A stretch of 64,000 nucleotides of DNA. Source: Lytechinus pictus (lineage: Eukaryota). Position numbers and translations under genes: made by a program. This document shows, in pieces, positions 25,901-64,000 of the stretch (its first letter is position 1; every line of letters begins with the position of its first letter). The stretch is from positions 34,226,001 through 34,290,000 of the forward strand of contig NC_087251.1 of NCBI RefSeq assembly GCF_037042905.1. Direction: 5' to 3'. The notes under the pieces were generated by a model. That model did not search any database, was not told where the DNA came from, and saw only the letters and a list, made by a program, of their open reading frames with translations.

Positions 25901-27285
25901 TTCTAAAGGCATTCTCGAATAATAATAGACATGAATATGATAGATGCATTCAGCACAGTCATAATGTATGTTTGATTTCCTCCACACAGGACTTAACGTT
26001 TATTTCATTATCAATATTATTATGACCCCTTTATTATGACAATATGTTTTTCAGCTGATTTCACATACTGATATTTTTTTTTACCAGTAGATGAGTTCAG
26101 AACATGTTAACTTATGGCGGCCACAACTGGGACTTCCAAAGAAGGACGCAACCACTGTCAATGGGTTACGTAATGAGCCATGTCCGTTGCTATGTCAGTA
26201 CAAACATCTTTTGTTAGGCATATTTGAAGCCCCCAGTTAAAAATTGCTGCAAAAACAGCAACCAAACTGAATTGGTCAGTCAGGAGGCGCAGTGCTAAAG
26301 CTGAAATAACGTGGTCGACAATGGGCCTTTTCACACGTGAATCTTGAATCATCATTGTAATCGTGACTGTGATTAGCGTTCGTGATTCCAATCATGTTCT
26401 AGTTTGGTTTCACATGTGCTAAATACTCGTCATTAGCCTTATTTTCACTGGAGTCTTCATTCAAATTACGATTTTTTAACCGTGTGAAAGGGCGGATAAT
26501 GTACTAAAAACTTATTTTTTTCACCGATATGAAATCAGATGCCATTGTTGTATTAGAACTGAAGTGAAATGGGAAAACAGCATTATAAAACGGACACAGT
26601 GAAGCTTTTCGACATGCGTTCATTTGAATAAAATCGCATTAACTGAAAAGCTGATTGTACTATAGAGCAACCCAGTGAGGGATGGGGTCGACGAGACAAG
26701 GTAAATTAAGATTTTAGAATTTATTCATTCTGCTGTCAAGACTGTCAACCATATGCCTTTGTATTTTTTAATATAAGAGATGAAACTATGTTTTATTGTA
26801 TTATCTTAGGCCTATATACATGTACTGAGAGTATATTAGCTTCCCAAACTGTGACCACAATCTTAGGCATAACGGGGGGGGGGGGGGGGGCTCCTCTGCG
26901 TCTCGATAGAACAAAATGATTGTCATTAATAAACACCAATCGTCACAAACTTGGCCTGTTGATGCCTGCATTTGTCAATTCAAATTCTCAAGTGATTTGT
27001 CAATTAATGTTGCGCGTATGTGTATTTGCGCCAACCGCTTTTAATCTGTCCTGACATGCAACGTCTAAACTCTAAAGGCCCATTCATAGTTAAAAAAAGA
27101 AGCTCTAAACAACCCGTTTACTGAACTTCACAATAGGCCCTATAAATTGATCATGTATTGTTTAAATCTTAAACGAAACGTTTACAATTTAAACTGCAAT
27201 GTTCCATTTCTACCAGGGGCGTCGATCCATTTTTCAGATTGGGGGGGCAAAATCATTAACGTTCCAAAGACACCCATCCACCCCC

Positions 27286-27338
<53 letters not shown>

Positions 27339-30300
27339 CTCATGAGACACAGACACGTATCTCACCAACAAATTAATGCGAGCGCGAAGCGCGAGCTGAT
27401 TTTTTTTTTAGCATACTGACAGGAAAAGCGTGCCTGTTTAGGGCTGTTTGTAACTCATGAGGATACATATCTTACACAGATAGTACGAGTGCCGAAAGTG
27501 AGCTGAAATTTCTTTATATTCTGACCTGAAAGCTTGATACTCTAAGCATTTTTGGTACTAATGATTAATGTTGGTATCTAAAAGAAGAATAGATGCGAGC
27601 GCGAAGCGCGAGCTGATAATTTTGATATTTCGATCTGAAAAAAATGACAGTTTAATGGAAGTTTTTGATAAAGAACAAGATTATTGCAAGTCGAAGCAGG
27701 AGTTCTTTTGAAGCTTAAACCTGAAAATGGGACATTTACATTCACCTATTCAATCATGAAAAGTATGGGTTTTTACTACAGAAATGATGCGAGCGCGAAG
27801 CGCGAGCTACAAATTTTTATATTCCAATCTGAAAAGCAGACATTTTGAGCACGATTTTAAATAAAGAACGAGTTGTGTATCTCAATCTCGCTTGCTGAAC
27901 ATTACAATTTTTTTTTTGTATATCCGGAATTATTGGGGGGGGGGGGGCAAAATGATATGTTTGCCCCCCCCCAATATTTTCATTGGTGGGGCGATCGCCC
28001 CCCTGCCCCCCCCCCCCCCCAGGATCGACGCCTCTGATTTCTACCGTTTATGATTTAAAACTTTGTTGTTTGATTAAAAAATAAAAAAGTATATTCGTTT
28101 AACCCTCTTTAAATTCAGAAATAAGTTCATATAATAGTAAACCAGGTTATATAAAATGTATACACGATGTTTATCTTTATGTATGTTTTATTGAACAAAA
28201 TCATTGTTCCTTTTTATTTATTTTTTAATATTCTTATTACCATTACTATTATCAATACGTTTGGTGTTATGTTCTTTTGAATTGTGTAAATATCAAATAT
28301 TGAACATGTTATTTATGTGTAAGCATTCTTACCTTATCTTTGATGGTAGGTAGGTCTTTCGCTCTCGATGTGTTTTTAAAGGTATACGTATTCCTTGTCC
28401 GATCCAAGAAGTACATGTTATCCTTTGCCTCATACGCCCCCGGCATTAGAACCACCCCTTTCCCCTGATTGGCTGCATCTTTCTTACGCCCCTCCCCTTT
28501 GAAGCAGTAGGTAGCTGGGCGTGTCTCGAAATCCTCAAGGAAAGGTTTGAAATCGTAGGCACCCGGCATGGGCGTTTCCCGTATCTCCTTTCTCCACCAT
28601 CCTTCGCGACCACTCCGCGGTGTTTCGTAATTTTCTGCGAGGGCCGTTCGGTTCTGATTAAAGAATGTAGTGATTATTGAGTTAAAGTTATTTTACGAAA
28701 TAAGGATTAATTCACTTTTAAAAAAAATTTCTAACATGCCGCACGAATGCGTTTCCAAGGTAGTGAAATAGAACTCTCGCGAAGTTATATGTATTTTCAG
28801 GAGAGAGGGGGAGGGGGTGTGCAAGGAGCGAAGCAATCTCCGTGGGAAAGGCGTAACATTGGAGAGCATGGTATTAAAGGTCAAGTCCACCCCAGGAAAT
28901 TGTTGATTTGAATCGATAGAGAAAAATCAAACAAACATAACGCTGCAAATTTCATCGAAATCGGATGTAAAATAAGAAAGTTATGACATTTTTAAGTTTC
29001 GCTTAATCTTCAGAAAACAGTTCAACGCACAACTCAGCAATATGCAAATGAGAGATTCGATGATGTCCATCACTCACTATTTCTTTTGTTTTTTATTGTT
29101 TGAAAAATACAATATTTCAATTTTTACAGATTTGACAATAAAGACCAACTTAACTTCACCATAAACTGTTAAAATAATGGTAATTCCACATGTTCAGGGA
29201 GAAATAAAACTTTGTTTCACTTGACAAGGAGGAGAAAATTAGAATATTTCATATTTCATATAATAAAATACAAAAGAAATAGTGAGTGGGTGATGTCATC
29301 AGTTTGCCAATTTGCATACAGACCAGGATGTGCATAAAACTGTTTTGTGAAATTAAGCGAAACTTTAAAATGTCATATCTTTCTTATTTTACATCCGATT
29401 TTGATGAAATTTTCAGTGTTTTGCTTGTTGGATTTTTTTTTTTTTTCAAATCAACTTTTTGTTGGGGAGGACTTGTCCTTTAACAATCGCCCATGAAAAT
29501 TACGTTTTCTGCAAAATTATGTTTACAATATAGGAAGAAACACAATAATGAAGAACTTATAAAAGAATGAGACAATAAAGACGTCATTCATACGACCCTT
29601 TGGACCCTTCATACAATATGTGCTTATCATCAAATTAATGCAGTGGGAATGAGATTAGTGTATCAAGTTTAATTTTGATATGATTATAATTTGTATCAGT
29701 ATAAATCCTTGGTATAAAACACTCAACCGCAGATAAACAATATTCTGACAGACGGAAAGAGAGAGAGGGGGGGGGGGGGAGTCGTGTCCCAGATGTGCCC
29801 TTCGGCCTGCGGGCAAATAGTAGGCATATGCCACTAAATTTTATCACGAAACCTTCAGACAATAACATACCTATCGGATTTATTGGTGTACAAAGATAAG
29901 AAATAAACATAATCCAAGTACAAGATACAAGTTATTCGATTAGGCGTCACGACTGTGTTGGTTTCTGTATAATGTCGTAGTTGCTAATTTCGTTTCCTGT
30001 TTTTCCATATAAAGGAATATTTATTTCTCCCAAATCATACTAAATACAATAATCTACAAGTACAATGTATGAACATAATGTATTTTACATGTTTTATTCT
30101 ATATCGTGTTTATTTAATGTGTAATTCATTATTTGATATATATTGCTTGCTATTATCACCGAATGAATAACAATGGTAGGGTATTTTATAGCAAACATAT
30201 CATTTTGACTTCTTTTCATCCTATAATCGTTCTCTGAAAAAAAAATCTATACCGATGACAACTAATAGAAGAAGATATTTCCCGAAATAGCCAGTAATAT

Positions 30301-30531
30301 TGCTTATGACATCAGGGATATATTAATGAAATTTTTAATTATGTTCTTGGATGTTATATTTTGTCTGTTGGTATTTATTGGAAACAATGTACTTACCTTG
30401 AAGGGGGTTGGGCGGGTATAGATACTTTTCCTGTCGACACTCGATGCACTTCTCGTCCGTCCGACACCCGGCCTCTTCGCTCCCAATGACTTCTCACTAT
30501 CCCCGTTCGGCAAAACAGCAGCTGAAGCCAT
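22817..30531 (-). CDS. STPG4: sperm-tail PG-rich repeat-containing protein 4 (C2orf61) homolog; complement(join(22817..22930,23425..23532,24415..24469,24813..24886,28333..28653,30397..30531)), 268 aa
   Basis: Six exons joined by GT-AG introns with consistent phases. PGAY/PGPGSY (SHIPPO-type) repeats, REGWWRKEIRETPMPGAY, FKSRTPRF, and C-terminus TIAKMGRNHGLFF, matching my recollection of STPG4 (TIAKMGQEHSLFF). Confidence 0.88.
23425..23532 (-). CDS. STPG4: STPG4 exon 5
   Basis: ttatctag|ACG ... CATACG|gtaaga; TKNPPPCQYEYREPPALHQISSSFKSRTPRFATSHT. Confidence 0.9.
23989..24270. mobile_element. CACTG-ended (EnSpm/CACTA-like) MITE with TA flanks
   Basis: ta|cactgttaaaaa ... tttctaacagtg|ta. Confidence 0.7.
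24415..24469 (-). CDS. STPG4: STPG4 exon 4
   Basis: cgcgcag|ACAT ... AAAGGG|gtaagt; HMVFKSNSQRFPTIYFKG. Confidence 0.88.
24570..24715. repeat. (TAT/CAT)n trinucleotide microsatellite, degenerate
   Basis: ttattattattattat... run. Confidence 0.9.
24813..24886 (-). CDS. STPG4: STPG4 exon 3
   Basis: attttcag|GAC ... TCAAA|gtgagt; DVNVCPTSYKMENVLSCAVEKSPSK. Confidence 0.85.
26323..26493. mobile_element. small palindromic MITE
   Basis: ggccttttcacacg ... cgtgtgaaagggc. Confidence 0.55.
27214..28036 (+). mobile_element. hAT-like non-autonomous element, complete
   Basis: TIR caggggcgtcgatcc / ggatcgacgcctctg; perfect 8-bp TSD atttctac (27206-27213, 28037-28044). Confidence 0.92.
28333..28653 (-). 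CDS. STPG4: STPG4 exon 2
   Basis: ctttaatcag|AAC ... GATAAG|gtaaga; 107 codons with two PGAY repeats. Confidence 0.9.
28878..29479 (+). mobile_element. Kolobok-like MITE with TTAA TSD
   Basis: ttaa|aggtcaagtccacccc ... ggacttgtcct|ttaa; long internal inverted symmetry. Confidence 0.88.
30397..30531 (-). CDS. STPG4: STPG4 exon 1
   Basis: ATG GCT ... TTCAAG|gtaagt; MASAAVLPNGDSEKSLGAKRPGVGRTRSASSVDRKSIYTRPTPFK. Confidence 0.8.
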
Positions 30532-30780
30532 AATCGAAACAGAATTATTCAAAATCCACCCGAAATTCTCACGCAATTACTAATAATTTCATACAAAATA
30601 TCAGTCCCTTCTTTCGTATTTGACCGTGCGTGCGTACGATTATATATTCTGTGCAACCATGATATTATATACTCGAATATATGTATCGGAATATATATAT
30701 GTTTCGGAAGTGTTGATATATCCTTAACACGATCCTGTCAGCGGCGCGTCCACGCAACGCGGGTGGACTCGTGTAACCTC

Positions 30781-30794
30781 GTCTCTATGGTGAC
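30781..30794. promoter_or_regulatory. RFX X-box candidate in the CpG-rich STPG4 upstream region
   Basis: GTCTCTATGGTGAC, 250 bp upstream of the ATG; resembles GTTGCCATGGCAAC. Confidence 0.6.
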
Positions 30795-32559
30795 GGTAAA
30801 CGCTACATGCACGTGTGAATAGAGAACGATACGCCCCGCTGATTTGACGGTGTGTACGTTCGAACGAGGAGACAACTATTATTTGTCGTTGCAGTCTGGG
30901 ATGTTGGACATAGCTATCTGTTTAACAAATAGTCCACTCTGCATTACATCCAATTATGCAATACCAAAACTACCCATATAGGTAGTACATTTCTTATTTG
31001 GTCTATAGTAAGTCGTGTATCACACTGTTAAAGGTTTTTGACACGCTCTGGCACCTAAACGTCTCTCTCAGTCTCGGAAAAATATTCTATTCTCATTTTT
31101 ATTATTATGCCATGAAATTATTATCCCTTTTCAGCTTGCCACAGTCACAACAACATAACCGACTCCAGACCGGCAGATAGTATGTCATTGGATATAAAGT
31201 AAAAGCTTTGTTCTGTCTCGGCATTGTGACTGCATACTGTTAGGGGTAGGTGGGCACATTCAATTTGACCTCATTTGGAAAGAGACAACAATATGAAAAC
31301 TTATTTCTTCTTCGTCGATGACTTTTCTATATAAGAAAAATCTTGTAAACATCTATAGGGCTCAAAATCATAGCCTACAAAGCTTTGCAGAAATAATTAT
31401 TGTAACTTTACAGTGTTAATTATTATTATTTATTTTTTTATTTATTATTTTCTGTGTTGTTGTTCCTGCTCGACATTATGCTTGTGAAGGTTTGCAGGGC
31501 TGAATTGAATTAACAATAATTATGTAATAAAAATGTAATAATACCCCTTTGGAAGCACATTGACATGTTAGATGGTATATGATATGCGTTATAAAAAAAA
31601 GAATATTATAATATTCTTTTGGGGGGAGAGGGATCTATAATAATTGTAGATCCCTCTCCAATCTCAAGCAGCTCTACATGTATATACCCTGCAAGTTTTT
31701 GTATCCCGGGTTTTGTTAAGGTTTCAGAGTGACGACTATTCCTGTATCGATTGTCTGTCGATAGCAATCAATTAGTGGAAAGAATTTCTTGAATAAGGGG
31801 CTAAGATCCCTGCCGAAACACCCCTTTCTCTTTACTTCCCACTCCCCTCTCTTTTTCCTCTCTGTCGAAGAGGATTGCTAATCCGGCGTAATCCCTTGAT
31901 TGGTAGTATTGTCACGGTGAATATTATTTTGATAGACGTATATGCTTATATATTGTTTGAAAGTTATTTGTTTGGGGAGGAGGGGTGGAGTGGACATGTC
32001 AAGGGTTGGAAGCTTCATTCGGCTTAAAACAAAATTAATTCCAATATTATCTTTCATGCAATTCAACTTAAAGCAGATACGAACCAATAGCGCCATCTCG
32101 AGTCCTCAACTACTCATACCTGGCCAGTTTCCTGACCCATAATGCTAGTGTAGTCTAGTAATATAGACCCACTCAATGATAACATGTTAATTAATTACTC
32201 AATACACTTATACCGCAATAATTATGTTACCAAGTAGCAAAATAATTCCTTTTCCTCTCAAAACATTTTAGTTTCTCTATACAAATATAAAGGTCAATTT
32301 ATTCTCTGTAGTATTATAGTAGATATCTGAAAACGTACATTTTAAGACTATGTATTTCTAACACACAGTCGATGAGAAACCACACACAGTTCACTCCCCC
32401 TTTAATAGATCATTATACCTTTGTATATGATAATAGTTTAGACCAAAATCATTAAACAACTATAAGTATTTCATGTATATCAAATTATCCCAATCCCTGG
32501 GAAGGCTCACACTTTTTCATTTTTTTTCTCTCAGTAATGTTACCCTAGCTCCCTCCGGG

Positions 32560-32955
32560 TTTATTTCCAATTCGTCTAATGCCAATTTGTCCAATTGCCA
32601 ACTCGTCTACTACGATTTGGTCTATCATCAGTTCGTCTACTCACCACGTGGTCTACTTTCATTTAGTCTAATGCCATTCCGTCTAATAGCCAATTGGTCC
32701 AATAGCCATTTAGTCCATATGACATTTGGTCTAATTAAACTAAAGTGTTAATTGGGTATTAGACCAACTGGTTATTAGACGAAATGGTATAGTAATAGAC
32801 GAAATGGTGATTAGACGAATTGATGATTGGACCAAATGGTTATTGGACCAAATGGATGTTAGACGAAATGTTGATGGACGGAATGGCATTAGACTAAATG
32901 AAGGTAGACCATGTGGTGAGCGGACGAGTTGGCAGTGGACGAATTGGCAACTTCC
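32560..32955. mobile_element. palindromic short-period repeat element (ttggtctaat / ttagaccaa units); related fragment at ~5190-5405
   Basis: ccaattcgtctaatgccaa ... ggacgaattggcaa inverted arms. Confidence 0.65.
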
Positions 32956-34047
32956 CTCCGTACCACCCCCCCCCCCCTCTCTCTCTCTCTCTCATGTACT
33001 CCCACTCTCTATCTTTGTTTCCCCTTCTCTGTCTCTTACCCTCTCCCTTTCTCCATTATTTTCCTTTCCTTTTTCTTCCGTTTTCACCTTCCCGTTTTTC
33101 TTTCGATATCGATCGATCTCACTTATTAAATTTTCTTTAACCCCCCCCCTCCCTTTTCAGTGGATAATAGAGTTAACCCCTGCGAAATTCGTTTCTCGGG
33201 TGTTTGTTTTAACCAATTCTATTTTCTAAATTTGTTCATGCAACCGAATTATGCAAATTGTGTGACACACAGAAATACAACCCGTAAAACATATTTGGAG
33301 AATGATCGTTGTTTAATTATCATTGCTTAAAAACAAATTGTATAAATGGTAATAATCACAATGAAATAAACGTATGTCATCATGCAGCCACAAACCAACC
33401 TTACAGGCTAATATGGACCAATAACAGCCGTTTACATTGATAAACTTTGTGCGATAAAGACTATCTTTACTTCTTTCTTTTCTTTTTACACAATTTTGAT
33501 TGAATAGTGTTTTGCAAACACTTTCATATTGGACAATAATCCGGCCCATTGTTATACTTATATAGGCTAATTCCACAACGTTACCTAAAGACATTACACA
33601 AAGCGAGCTAAGAACCTTTAATTTTAATTATTCATAGCAAATAATCTGTCAACGCTATTTTACTATTTATTTATCTCTATTACAATTTACAAATGTTGGA
33701 ACATGCGGGTTTGTTGGAAATAAAATCCCATAACACAAGATGTAACCTCAACACAATGTTGTGTAAAAAGTGTCAATGAAACGTGCTTATTTGCTTTCCC
33801 AATAAACATACATATTACAGTAATCCCTTTAAAACCTAGTATTTAGTAACTTTTCACTCAGCCTTTTCTTAGAGTGTATATTATTTTAAATTTCGCAAGT
33901 TTCCTCATACAATTCTTGCTTTTATTGGCCATTCACCAATTTTGATAATATTGCGATAAGCGTGAATTTCATTAGGCGAAAAGTGGGCATAAAAATATTT
34001 AGTAAAAACAAAACTACTTCGACATTTCCAAATATTCTTATGCTTAA

Positions 34048-34644
34048 AGGACAAGTCCACCCCCAACAAAAAGTTGATTTGAATAATAAAAGAAAAATCA
34101 AACAAGCAAAACACTGAAAACTTCATCAAAATTGGATGTAAAATAAGAAAGTTATGACATTTTAAAGTTTTGCTTAATTTCACAAAACAGTTATACGCAC
34201 ATCCTGGTCGGTATGCAAATGAGGAGACTGATGACGTCATCCACTCACTATTTCTTTTGTATTTTATTACATGAAATATTCTAATTTTCTCCTCATTGTC
34301 AAGTGAAACAACACTTGATTCCTCCATCAACAGTTGGAAATAACATTGTTTAAAACTATATGATTTAGTCGAGTTGGTCTCTATTGTCATATCTGTAAAA
34401 AATGAAATATTGTATAATTCAAACAATAAAAAACAAAAGAAATAGTGAGTGATGGACATCATTGACCGTCTCATTTGCATGTCACTGAGTTGCGCATATC
34501 ACTGTTTTGTGAAAAATAAGCGAAACTTTAAAATGTCATAACCTCCTTATTTTACATCCGATTTTGATGAAATTTTCAGCGTTATGCTAGTTTGATTTTT
34601 CTCTATTTATTCAAATCAACATTTTTCTGGGGTGGACTTGACCT
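34048..34644 (-). mobile_element. Kolobok-like MITE with TTAA TSD (same family as 28878)
   Basis: ttaa|aggacaagtccacc ... ggtggacttgacct|ttaa. Confidence 0.88.
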
Positions 34645-34856
34645 TTAATGAATTTTGAGATGAAAAACCCAGCCATATACCCTAAACCGTTTCTTCTCGA
34701 AACACTCGCCATAAAAAATCTACACAGAAGATTATTTTGTTTCTAAAATAGTATTAATTGAACATCAATGTATATTTATGATGATAATTTCGGATATAGG
34801 TTTATGTTTATTAGAGATTGTCAAATTAAAATGAAAGGCCTAAGATAATGATGATA

Positions 34857-35068
34857 CACTCTAAATCCTAAGGATTTGAAATAAATCCAGATCGGCTGTG
34901 AATAGTGACTTGCCGAATATTAGATTTAGATTTAAACCTTGTTGATTTAAATATAAATCTAAAAGATTTGAATTTAAATCTTGAGATTTTAAATTTAATC
35001 CTTAAGATTCGGCTGGTCACTATTCACAGCCGATCTGGATTTTTTTTTAATCCTTGGAATTTAGATTG
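34857..35068. mobile_element. near-fully palindromic CACT-ended MITE
   Basis: ta|cactctaaat...aaatccagatcggctgtgaatagtgac pairs with gtcactattcacagccgatctggattt...atttagattg|ta. Confidence 0.8.
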
Positions 35069-36084
35069 TAATGAGTGAGTCAAATACGTGTCAGGTAGTT
35101 CAGACACAGCGCTTAATTTAGTGCTTGCTCCCTCTACGTTAAGATAAAGCAAAATAATTTATTTCCCGGAGAAAATAATTAGGTTCAAAAGTTTATCCAT
35201 AATACTTAGTCACACGGAGGCGGAATTAGTCAGAATGTGGTCAGACTTTTTTAAGGGGGGGGGGATGTGATTTCTGTCATTTCAAAATACATTTTCAGTA
35301 TTCCAAATGCCTTCTGAGAGCATAATGTTCGGGTAAATTCATGAACCCGACCAAAAAAAAAAAATATGTGTGCTCATAAAAAATAGGGCCTATATTTTAA
35401 AAATGTAAAATACGCAAAAAAGGAAGATATCAACTAGCATTCGAAGGGTACCGTATTCTTAATGTATTCTAAAGGCTAATGATTTTTATAATTTGCCAAT
35501 GTCATTCTTTTATTTAGCTTATATAGCAGATGGTCGTATTCCCGGGGTCGTATTCTTTTATCAGTTTTGACTTTTCATGTAAGTTCTTACTTTTGTAAGT
35601 TCTTAATTTTTTTTCAGGACCTCGATGTAAAACAATCTTTTTATACTGATCTTGCGATTTCCTGAATAAATATATTTCAATGAAAACTTTTTGAATATTT
35701 GTGTTATTCCATCAAAGCATTTTTATCTCATTAGATCGACAATCAGGATTATTTTCATCAAAGACATTCCTGACATTTGAAATCCACCCGAATTAATTAG
35801 TCCAACTAGTTCTGCCTGGTTCCCACTGAATCCGAATAATTGTGAAGGGGTCTTTAATAAAGAAATTCACGTCCATGTTAGAATGAGTAGTTATATTTGG
35901 ATTTTGGAAGAACCCTGAGATTGATGTAACTTTGTCTGATATTTTATCATGGACTTACAACATCCGTAGATCCTTTTGATTTCATTTGGTAAAATAAGAC
36001 AACATTAAAGAAAAGACGCTTTTATGACCACTTTTAAGCAATTTTTGTTTGAAATGTGCGGTTGGTGTTTATGCTTTAGTATCA

Positions 36085-36475
36085 ACGAATTATCCGAAGG
36101 TTCGTTCATGCGAAGCGTCATTATTCCTAAAATTAGATAATGTAAATATACCGAAGGTTTGTTAAACCGAAATAAGGTTCGTACTATCGATGGTATTATG
36201 TAGTCCGAAAGTAAAGCAAGGTTTACATAGTTTATTAAGTAAGTTTCGTAACCTTATTTCATTTTCGGACTACCTTCGGAAAACGAAAATTATCTTATTT
36301 TGGGATTAACAAATCTTAGGAATAAAAAACCCTATTTTCTTTTCGGATTCACGAGCCTTCGGAATGTATAGCTCCCAAATATTCCGGATCGAACCCTTTT
36401 CGTATTTGCAATTTTCTTTTTTGGAATAACGAACCTTTAACGTAGTTGAAACGATAGCTTTCAAGTAATGAACAA
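36085..36475. repeat. degraded palindromic repeat element (ccgaaggttcgtt / aacgaaccttcgg units)
   Basis: Repeated ccgaaggtt in the left half and ccttcgga/aacgaacc in the right half. Confidence 0.55.
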
Positions 36476-36572
36476 TTCCATGTTGATTGTAAATCTTAAG
36501 ATATTATTAAAAAAAACATAACTCACCTTCTATATTATATACTTATTATCGTGTTTTCTAATATACACAACC

Positions 36573-36586
36573 GTTACCATGACAAC
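36573..36586. promoter_or_regulatory. RFX X-box candidate in the calmodulin 3' UTR
   Basis: GTTACCATGACAAC. Confidence 0.45.
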
Positions 36587-36646
36587 ATTAATAATCTTAT
36601 TAACAAATATTTTCTTACAAAAAGGTGACTAAGAAGACGTTGCATT

Positions 36647-62652
<26,006 letters not shown>

Positions 62653-62900
62653 ATCTCCCTCTTGGATTATGACAAAGGCAAGTTGATAGGAAGAATAAAC
62701 CCTGACAAGTATATAGCGTTCCTTCTGACGAAAGCTATGTGAATGGTTGATTGTGATAATATGAGCCCTTTCTCTCCCCGCCAATCCAAAGCAACAAATT
62801 ACGTCCGCTTCGATTAGTCTTGCGCCTGGTGCATGCGCTCTCTCTCTCTGCAAGACACTTTTTGTCTTCTCCTGATTTCTTAAGAAATGACAGATGACAA
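62653..62900 (-). promoter_or_regulatory. probable calmodulin 5' UTR and proximal promoter
   Basis: Adjacent to ATG|gtaagt; locally CpG-richer; CCAAT at 62781-62785 and NRF1-like tgcatgcgc at ~62830. Confidence 0.5.
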
Positions 62901-64000
62901 ACCTATACAACGCCACTCTTTATCTCGTTGATGTGTAGCTATTTTAGAACATCATTCCATAATTTTGTTTATTACCTAGCGCAAGCTTGCTCTAGTTATG
63001 AATTAATGCTGTTCTTGATTAACCCTTCATTATTCTCATATTCTTGCAAGAGGGTTGTATTTTTTCATTCCTATCTCTAGCTGTTGTTGAACTTTATTGC
63101 TTTATCTTCAGTTTGCTGTTACTTAAATAGCCCAAGTTCATTCGTACATTTCCCCTCCCTCTATTTCTTCCAGACACACAAACACCGGCACACACACCCT
63201 CACATACATACACCCACACAATCACCCTCACCCCCACACACTCAATCTTCCCATATAATTTTCTTTTGCTATTACAAATTCACCTCATTTTATATATTCA
63301 TTATTGTAATCCTTACTATTATTTTTTTAGTTTCGTTCATCGGTAACCTCTTCACGATCTTACCATGTTCAATAATATTTTTCAATGAAAAACAGCTGGT
63401 GTCTTTACTCAACAAAACAAATCATCCTTATTCATAATAATAACAACTATATACTTATTATTTCTGTAGTTTGTATATTTGCCACCCCGTATTGACTCGG
63501 TGAACAGTTTATATTCCTCATCTATCCACAGTGTTTCACCTTTATCGTTTCTAAGTAAAATGGACCCCATGTGCTATATTTCAGTCCTCTTCTAGGTTGA
63601 GATTTTACCAGTAATCATCAAGAATTTAAAGGTTCTTCAAAGTTCACACACGGTTTGGGATCACGAGACCTATTCGTTGTCATGTTATATAGATAACCTT
63701 TTTAATTTTCATGACTTCACCCGGCTCGCTCCAAGGCACTTTTCCACTCATTCGATTCAACATCATTAATGTAGACTCTTTGGATTGCGCCTTTCTCGGA
63801 ATGAATCACAATAACAGAAGAACACATTCAGGATATGATATATATAGTTATGTGAATTTTCACGTTAGTTTGTTTATGAAATATTGAATATAGGGAGTTT
63901 TAGAACGTAATGATCTTGAGACGAACACAGTTGCTTAATTTTTAGAGGAGCAGGCAATTAATTGTAGCAACCCTGTTATGAGAGCAGGAGTTTTAGATAT

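Noticed and set aside
26085..26210. Additional STPG4 exon
   Set aside because: No convincing acceptor or open frame was found, and the model is complete and in phase without it.
33905..34480. 191-aa minus-strand ORF
   Set aside because: It lies mostly in a Kolobok-like MITE, and the sibling copy at 41294 has stops in the same frame.

Overview
AT-rich, repeat-dense animal genomic DNA, most likely sea urchin (inferred from the late-type H2B sequence and the repeat families). It is not prokaryotic, and almost all ORFs in the supplied track are spurious. Four spliced genes were rebuilt by hand from splice sites and reading phase. (1) The last five coding exons of an unidentified + strand gene (1019-8977). 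(2) CCDC32 on + (13467-17356), with a GC-AG intron. (3) A complete six-exon STPG4/C2orf61 on - (30531-22817, 268 aa). (4) A complete six-exon calmodulin on - (ATG-only exon at 62650-62652, stop at 36647, 149 aa). The rest is introns and intergenic DNA filled with non-autonomous DNA transposons (hAT-like with 8-bp TSDs, Kolobok-like with TTAA, Harbinger- and CACTA-like MITEs, a 4.5-kb Academ-like foldback), SINEs, a CR1 fragment, a probable solo LTR and tandem repeats. The most notable observations are: the calmodulin-STPG4 tandem pair matching the human CALM2-STPG4 arrangement, with RFX X-boxes and a splice donor in the calmodulin 3' UTR; a histone H2B fragment between inverted repeats (possible transposon gene capture); and a foldback transposon carrying an array of YY1 motifs in calmodulin intron 1. 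Gene and family names come from recognition, not from database searches.
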